DNA of 64,000 nucleotides. Origin: Eledone cirrhosa. Taxonomy: Eukaryota. Shown in pieces: positions 57,093 to 64,000 of this stretch. A program made the position numbers and the translations under genes. The notes below the pieces were generated by a model that saw nothing but the letters and a program-made list of their open reading frames with translations, had not been told where the DNA came from and ran no database searches. Positions within the stretch are counted from its first letter, which is position 1; each line of letters starts with the position of its first letter. The DNA lies in contig OZ024748.1 in the NCBI GenBank assembly GCA_964016885.1, positions 17,670,001 to 17,734,000 on the forward strand. Reading direction: 5' to 3'.

Positions 57093-57654
57093 CAAGAGCT
57101 TCTAAATCTAAGTATCTCAGATATCCAAGTATCCAATGTTTGTATATCCCTAACACAAATCAACCATCACTTTCTTGCTAATGGTAAGAAATCACTTGTG
57201 TTCTGACTTAGAGGGAGAGAGGGATGAACTCCACCACATGAACTCACCAAATGAGTGTAAAAGTCATCAATATATGAACAAAAGAAAATTTTTCATAGAA
57301 ATATTTAAAGAATTTTGAAGTCTATTTTTATTATTTCAAAACAAATTTTACTTCAAAAACTTTCATAGGATGCTGTTTTAAAATTCATTATATTCATTCT
57401 CTCTTTCTATATATCTATCTATCATATAAAGATATCTATCATATGTAGATGTGTATATATTTTTATACCCTGTTCTGGGATCGATAAAATTGACTAAAAT
57501 CCTTTTATAATTCTTTTGAATATATATAAATGTATGTATATGTGTATGTATGCATTTGTGTATGAATGTGTATATATTTTTATAGCCTGCACTGGGGTCG
57601 ATATGATTGAGTAAAATCCCTTTCTAATTTTATGTTATTGATATATAAATGTAT

Positions 57655-58307
57655 AAGAGAGTATTGAAGTTTGCTTGAAGCATTGTGGAATAATAAGGTA
57701 AATTTCTTTAAGTTGTTTGGAAGCCTCAACAATGCAGATGGGTAAATCTCCGGGTAACAAGATCTGGTGGTGGAGAGAGAGAGATGTAAGTGGGTGTACG
57801 TTGAGATGCGTGGCGTGTAGAAGACTGTAGTGTGTAGAAGAATGTGGGGAAGAGCGTAAAGGATAAAAATAAAAATAACAACACGAGAAAGAGTTACCTT
57901 GGGAGAGATTTAATTGCCCCTATATATTTCGGATTCACATTTCGGCTGCTGACCTCTGCTTGACCGACCCCATTTCACGCGCACGTGCACTCTGCTGAAT
58001 ACCTCAGATATTCAAAACAATGAACAGCGGAGGACACGTTTCGTACCTTTCCGACAGACAACCTCCCCCCCCCCCCCGGAAAAATCCCCAGTTGATGGTA
58101 GTAGGGACAATTAAATCTCTCCCAAGGTAACTCTATCTCGTGTTGTTATTTTTATTTTTATCATTTACGCTCTTCCCACATTCTTCTACATGCCACGCAT
58201 CTCAACGTACACCCACTTACATCTCTCTCTCCACCACCGGATCTTGTTACCCGGAGATTTACCCATCTGCATTGTCAAGGCTTCCAAACGACTTAAAGAA
58301 ATTTACC
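57655..58307 (-). mobile_element. Long inverted-repeat element with short tail and 12-bp flanking duplication
   Basis: Arms 57697-57922 and 58102-58307; ATATAAATGTAT at 57643-57654 and 58308-58319. Confidence 0.75.
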
Positions 58308-58728
58308 ATATAAATGTATGTATATGTGTATGCATTTGCATATATTTTTATATTTTTATATTTTTATAGCCTGTTCTGGGCCCAATATGATCGACTAAAA
58401 TCCATTTGAGTCATTGCCCCAGTCTAACGACTAAAACCTGTAAAACATTAAAATAATAAAAAAAATGAGAACATGAACAAAAGCACTCCTAACTTATATA
58501 TACATATATATATAGTAATATTTATATCTATATTTATATATGTTTGATATAACTATAAATATGTAGGGTAGTACTACGTTCTAGCTGGTTACCGGTATGA
58601 CAAAAGGCTCCGATGATTCCAGACTTCCCTCTGGAAGAAACAATTGTCAGCTAATAAATGTTCTAAACCAAAATTTGATCGTTTTAACACTTTGTATATA
58701 TATATATATATATAAATGAAAGGTATAG

Positions 58729-58765
<37 letters not shown>

Positions 58766-58855
58766 CTATCTTGTAATTTCTTTCTTTCACTCTCTGAAGC
58801 TACCTATTTTTCTCTCTTTCATCTTCACTTTATAACTGTCCTTCTCTTTGGCATT

Positions 58856-58884
<29 letters not shown>

Positions 58885-58888
<4 letters not shown>

Positions 58889-59225
58889 CTTTGGGAGGGT
58901 CATTCTGCCAATTAAAACACATGTACCCATTGGTTTTCACTTCAATTTATTATAAATTTCCAGTTGGTTACTTTAATAATCGAATGGTTGTTTATTTGTT
59001 TATTGTCAAAGCTCTTTCATCACACATTCTGTGACCTCCTCAGTGACTCATCTGTTATTTTGTGTCTCTCCTTTGTTCTTTCCTACACCATCTTGTTTTT
59101 GAAGTAAAAACCAACAGGTGCATGTGTTTTTACAGACAGCATGACTCTCCCAAAGTATAACAATATCTGTTTCAACACACGTTTTCATATAAGAAATCTT
59201 GCAAAAGAAATACAAAAACGAAGTT
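58885..59225. mobile_element. Inverted-repeat element enclosing a minimal hammerhead
   Basis: Imperfect ~60-bp arms 58885-58945 and 59099-59159; (TA)n on the left. Confidence 0.65.
59005..59047 (-). ncRNA. Minimal type I hammerhead
   Basis: Reverse complement GTCA-CTGAGGA-G-GTCACA(GAATG)TGTGAT-GAAA-GAGC-TT-TGAC. Confidence 0.65.
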
Positions 59226-59311
59226 TATATCTATATATCTATATATCTATCCCGGGTTCAACCACAGTAAGGAAGGTACTCAATACATAGCAAAGTATAA
59301 ATATTTAATAT

Positions 59312-59420
59312 AGAAATGGCTTCTGCAGGACTAGAACTGTTTCATTCAGTAGAAATTATCAGGGCTTTCCTCATGATTTCTACTGAATGAAACAGTCCTA
59401 GTCCTGTAGAAGCCATTTCT
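59312..59420. repeat. ~109-bp imperfect palindrome with adjacent tail (59250-59311)
   Basis: AGAAATGGCTTCTGCAGGACTAG...CTAGTCCTGTAGAAGCCATTTCT. Confidence 0.8.
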
Positions 59421-59432
59421 CTCTCTCGCTCT

Positions 59433-59555
<123 letters not shown>

Positions 59556-59557
59556 GT

Positions 59558-59672
59558 GAAGGCACGTGGCTGAGTGGTTAAATAATTGGATTCATAATCG
59601 TGAGGTTGTGAGTTCGATTACTGGACCGGGTGATGCGTTATGTCCTTGAGCAAGACACTTTATTTCACATTG
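59558..59672 (+). mobile_element. SINE family B head and CORE-like region
   Basis: TGGCTGAGTGG A box, GAGTTCGATT B box, TCCTTGAGCAAGACACTT. Confidence 0.7.
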
Positions 59673-59788
59673 TTCCTTCTACCTGGAGTTGTGACCGATA
59701 GATAGTATTAGCAATTGGAAAGAGCAATGCAAACATTGTTTCCTCAGTCCGATTTGACGAAAGTTGATCAAATGTCGATATATATATA

Positions 59789-59866
59789 CGGAGTGTCCCA
59801 AAAATGTATACACACTACAATAGCATTCTCATAAAAGTGTGTATACATTTTGGGGGGGACACCCTG
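59789..59866. mobile_element. 78-bp Tc1/mariner-type MITE
   Basis: TA-flanked; CGGAGTGTCCCAAAAATGTATACACACT / AGTGTGTATACATTTTGGGGGGACACCCTG. Confidence 0.75.
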
Positions 59867-60278
59867 TATATACATATATATTGCTGTCATGTAATATTTA
59901 CTCTCTATCTCTCATTCAAACACTCACCCACTCTCTCTTATACTCTGTGTACTCTCTCATTGATTGTCATGGAAACTATTGGGGGTGGGGTCTCTTTGCA
60001 CATTCTGAGATAACTTTTAGAAATTTTTTATCCAGATATTTATTTTTTATTTAAATTTTTATTTTTTGTTGTTTTATTTTATTTTTCGTTTTTTTATTTC
60101 TTATTCTTTCTTTTTATTTTTATATTTATTTTTCATTTATTAAATTTTTTATTTTTTGTAGTTAATTATGTTTTTGGTTTTTATTTCTCATTTTTTTTAA
60201 TTTTTGTTTTCATATTTATTTTAGGGGTTTAATGTCATTCATTTATTTTTTTATGTTTGTTGTTTATTTGTTTATTTT

Positions 60279-60361
<83 letters not shown>

Positions 60362-61493
60362 TTTGTTTGTTTGTTTAATTATTCTTGTAATCACCCATGA
60401 CATGCTGACGGAAGTGGCATTGCGAAATGTCAGAATGGATATGGTTTCAGATAAAACGACTGACACGTAGAAATGTGAACACATTTCTCCCCATAAACAG
60501 GCACAGTATGGCTGTGTGGTTAAGGGGTGTGCTGTAAAACCATATGGTATCAAGTTCAATCCCACTTCTTAGCTGCATCTTTGGCAAGAGGAGGAGTCTT
60601 TTACTTTTACTGCATGTCTACCAATGTCTTGTGAGTAGTGGAATTTTGTACATGGAAACAACAGAAGTCTGTTATACATAAATAAGTAAATACATGAATA
60701 TATTTACATAGAATTAGTGCTCAAAACAGCAAGGCTCATCTGTCGGGCCCCCCAACTCTTTCTAATATAGTCACACTCATCTATCCTAAGTATCGAGTAT
60801 TCTATTGAATAATAGTCTAACTAATTTAATATTGGTTTAATCCTGATACATATATACATCATCATCATCATCACTGTTTAGCATCCATTTGTCCATGCTT
60901 GCATGGGTCAGACGGGTCATCCACATAAGGGTCAAGTCTGGCCAGAATTGGCCATGCCATACCTTGCTCCGACAGGATAGTAAATTTGGCCAGGTATTTC
61001 ACAGCTGGATGCCCTTCCTAACATCAACCACATATGTATAAAGAGAAAAGGTGAAATTGGAAATAGCATGGAAAATATATCTAAGGATCTGTTTTTCTTT
61101 TTTTTTTTCTTCTTTGATTCATCAAAGTGACATTATTGAAAAAATGAGAGCAACAATTCTTTTAAAAAAGAGTTTCATAATGTATATAAAATATATAAAT
61201 TATAACCGGTTTTGATGTATCAGTGAAATCAATCTTATCAAATGTTGAGTATTACAATTAAAAAGAATTAAAAATTAAAGATTTAAAATTAAGTGTTTTA
61301 AGGCAAGTTTGTCCATCTTTCTTGTTGAGAAGAAGACTGGATCTAAAATGGAATCTTGTATATATAGAGAGAGGTAGTCATGGTAGTAGTAATGTGTGTA
61401 TATATATATATGGCTGACTGAATACATATGCTTTTTTTCAAAGAATTTTTTTCCCTTCCTCTTCTCACTCTTTATCTTGTATTTCTCATTCTA

Positions 61494-61529
61494 TCTTCTG
61501 ATGAAGGACTAGTGTCTGAAACGTAAAGA
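61494..61529 (+). ncRNA. Family H1 minimal hammerhead (GUA site)
   Basis: TCTT-CTGATGA-A-GGAC(TAGT)GTCT-GAAACGTA-AAGA. Confidence 0.75.
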
Positions 61530-62137
61530 CGCTTTTCCTACTATATCAAGTGTTAAACTAATATATTTTTTCATTGTACTGTGTTGTTTGCTTTGTTGTT
61601 TCTGTTTACATTTTGCACACACACACACATACATATATATAGCTAAGCACCTGAAGACTAGATCACAACTTTGACCCCTCTTACAATCTGGAGACATGGT
61701 CGATATCCAAACAAGGCAAGTATGGAAAAACAGACGTAAAAATGATGATGATGACGATTATCATATGCCCTTGAAACCTCAGGTAGTGCTTTTATTCTGT
61801 ATATGATCATAAATAATATATATATATAAGTAAAATGATAGAAAAAAAAGGGGTTGAAAAGCGCACCTAGTATATATATTAAGAGTCTTTATAACATGTA
61901 CAAAAACTGATGTTAGCAAAGCCTGCTTTCTCCACTTTGTATTATCAAAACATTTATTATTAGGTTGAATTTTAAAAAAAATACTCCTGCTTGTTGATTC
62001 TCGAGAATAACAAATGTTTTGATAATCCAAAATACAGAAAGCATGCTTTGCTAACATTTTTGTTCATATTCTAAGGATAATTTATATATACATACCACTT
62101 GCGCTTTTCAAAACCCTTTTTATTCATTATTTTCCTT

Positions 62138-62990
62138 AGCCGTACAATATAATTGAATAAACAAGAGAGATGAACACTAATATAAACATACATGTGTTCG
62201 AATCGTAAGGACCAAATTTGCTAGGGTGAAAAAATACTAACTACAGCAATATGGTTTGTTATCCTTAACATTAAATATTAAATTAAGAAAAATTAAGAAA
62301 AATAACAGACCTATATTGGGCAAATTTGGTCCTTACGATTCGAACACATGTATGTTTATATTAGTGTTCATCTCTCTTGTTTATTCAATTATATTGTACG
62401 GCTCGGAAAAGCTTTTTTCTTAGAGCTATTTAATTGTAAGGGACTACTCTGAGTTCTTAACTCAATATATATTTGTCGGCTCCATCGTGTAGAGCTAATT
62501 TTTAATGTCCTGTCAGCCAGGCTGCTATTTTTAGCGGCAGGGAATTTCAAGGCAAACTGGGTTCCGAATGACACGTGTGATAATTCATAGCGCACACAAT
62601 TCATTCTCTAATATTTTTAGAAGTGAAAGGATCACTAATTTCTCAACAACTACTGAGGAGCAGAGAAACGTGAGAACTTCACTTAATAAGATGTTGCGAA
62701 ACAGTCTCCAATACTGTCTAGTTGTTACCAGGCATTTTGCCCAATATAGGTCTGTTATTTTTTTTATTTTTCTTAATTTAATATTTAAAGTTAAGGATAA
62801 CAAACCATATTGCTGTAGTTAGTATTTTTTCACCCTAGCAAATTTGGTCCTTACGATTCGAACACATGTATGTTTATATTAGTGTTCATCTCTCTTGTTT
62901 ATTCAATTATATTGTACGGCTCGGAAAAGCTTTTTTCTTAGAGCTATTTAATTGTAAGAGACTACTCTGAGTTCTTAACTCAATATATAT
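62138..62990 (+). mobile_element. Non-autonomous PLE/retrozyme-like element: inverted partial + tandem partial + full unit
   Basis: 62138-62324 inverted copy of ~62736-62921; 62320-62472 direct copy of 62838-62990; ends in (TA)n; hammerhead inside. Confidence 0.8.
62645..62726 (+). ncRNA. Canonical type I hammerhead ribozyme
   Basis: Stem I AACAACTA/TAGTTGTT, CTGAGGA, stem II GCAG..TTGC, GAA, stem III ACAGT/ACTGT, GUC site (C62718). Confidence 0.88.
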
Positions 62991-63000
62991 ATATATACAT

Positions 63001-63117
63001 ATAATTGTTTCTACTTTTGGCACAAGGCCAGCAATTAACCAGTACATTACTGGTACTTTATTTTATCAACCTGGTAAGGATGAAAGGCAAAGTTAACCTG
63101 GACGGGATTTGAACTCT
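63001..63117 (-). mobile_element. SINE family A, 5'-truncated
   Basis: Tail, Meta-like core and B box only. Confidence 0.7.
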
Positions 63118-63759
63118 ATATACATATAATGATTTCTCAACAGTCAACAATGGTATTAATATTCCTTATATTATATTCAATGATTCCAAACGCAGTATTT
63201 TATCATTTGGGTCCCCCCTCCCCCCAGTTTACTTTGTGTTCATTTCTCATTCAGTTTGTTTATTGTCTTTAGAATATGTGAGTGTGAGTATGAGTATGTA
63301 AGAGTGTGTGTGGCTCTATGGCTGTTTATGTGTGTTTGTGTGCATATATATTTTCCTCTGTGTACTTGTGTATGTGTACTGTGTACTTGTGTATGTATAT
63401 GTGTGTGTGTGTGTGTGTTTATATGTGTAAGTGTGTATATGTGTTTATATATGTATGTGTTTATATGTGTGTGTGTATGTGTTTATATATGTATGTGTTT
63501 AAATGTGTGTGTGTATGTGTTTTACACTGTGTTTATGTATGCGTTTATATGTGTATGCGTTTATATATGTATGAGTTTATATATGTATGTGTTTATATAT
63601 GTATGTGTGTATGTATGTGTTTATATATGTATGTGTTTATATATGTATGTGTGTATGTATGTGTTTATATATGTGTTTGTCCTCTGTATTTGTATGTCAG
63701 TCTGTGTCTTTGTTGACTTTCATTTCTTATGCATTTTATTATTATTATCATTGTCATCA

Positions 63760-64000
63760 ATAATAGTGGTGGTCGTGGTAGTAGTAATAGTAGTAGTAGC
63801 AGCAGTAGTAGTAGCAGCAGCAGCAGTAGTAGCAGCAGCAGCAGCAGTAGTAGTAGTAGCAGCAGCAGTAGTAGTAGCAGCAGTAGTAGTAGTAGTAGTA
63901 GCAGCAGCTGTAGTAGCAGCAGCAGTAGTAGTAGCAGTAGTAGTAGTAGTAGTAGCAGCAGCTGTAGTAGCAGCAGCAGTAGTAGTAGTAGTAGTAGTAG
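63760..64000. repeat. (AGT)n/(AGC)n compound microsatellite
   Basis: Direct reading. Confidence 0.95.

Noticed and set aside
58025-58065. Minus-strand GAAACGTGTC half-hammerhead in the inverted-repeat spacer
   Set aside because: No matching CTGANGA core found upstream.

Overview
Repeat-saturated, AT-rich animal genomic DNA; the SINE families and very dense (TA)n/(TG)n tracts suggest an octopus-like cephalopod (inference). No host gene is supportable, and nearly all predicted ORFs are microsatellite artefacts. The main feature is an apparently intact, young Penelope-like retroelement (PLE, 7098-16152). It has one RT + C-terminal GIY-YIG ORF (DKT and CxCx5C motifs, consistent with the Hydra clade) between two near-identical ~2.9-kb direct pseudo-LTRs. 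Each pseudo-LTR carries a hammerhead ribozyme (HHR) with a very long stem II. Around it lie many short non-coding 'inverted arm + tail + (TA)n' elements, several with their own hammerheads (one canonical at 62645-62726), which look like non-autonomous PLE passengers. A 15-kb, 211-unit, 71-bp satellite with higher-order repeats grew out of the last codons of an RTE LINE, and two smaller arrays grew out of SINE bodies. The rest is tRNA-derived SINEs, RTE/CR1 fragments, MITEs, a Helitron-like element and simple repeats. All motifs and pairings were read by eye; no searches were run.
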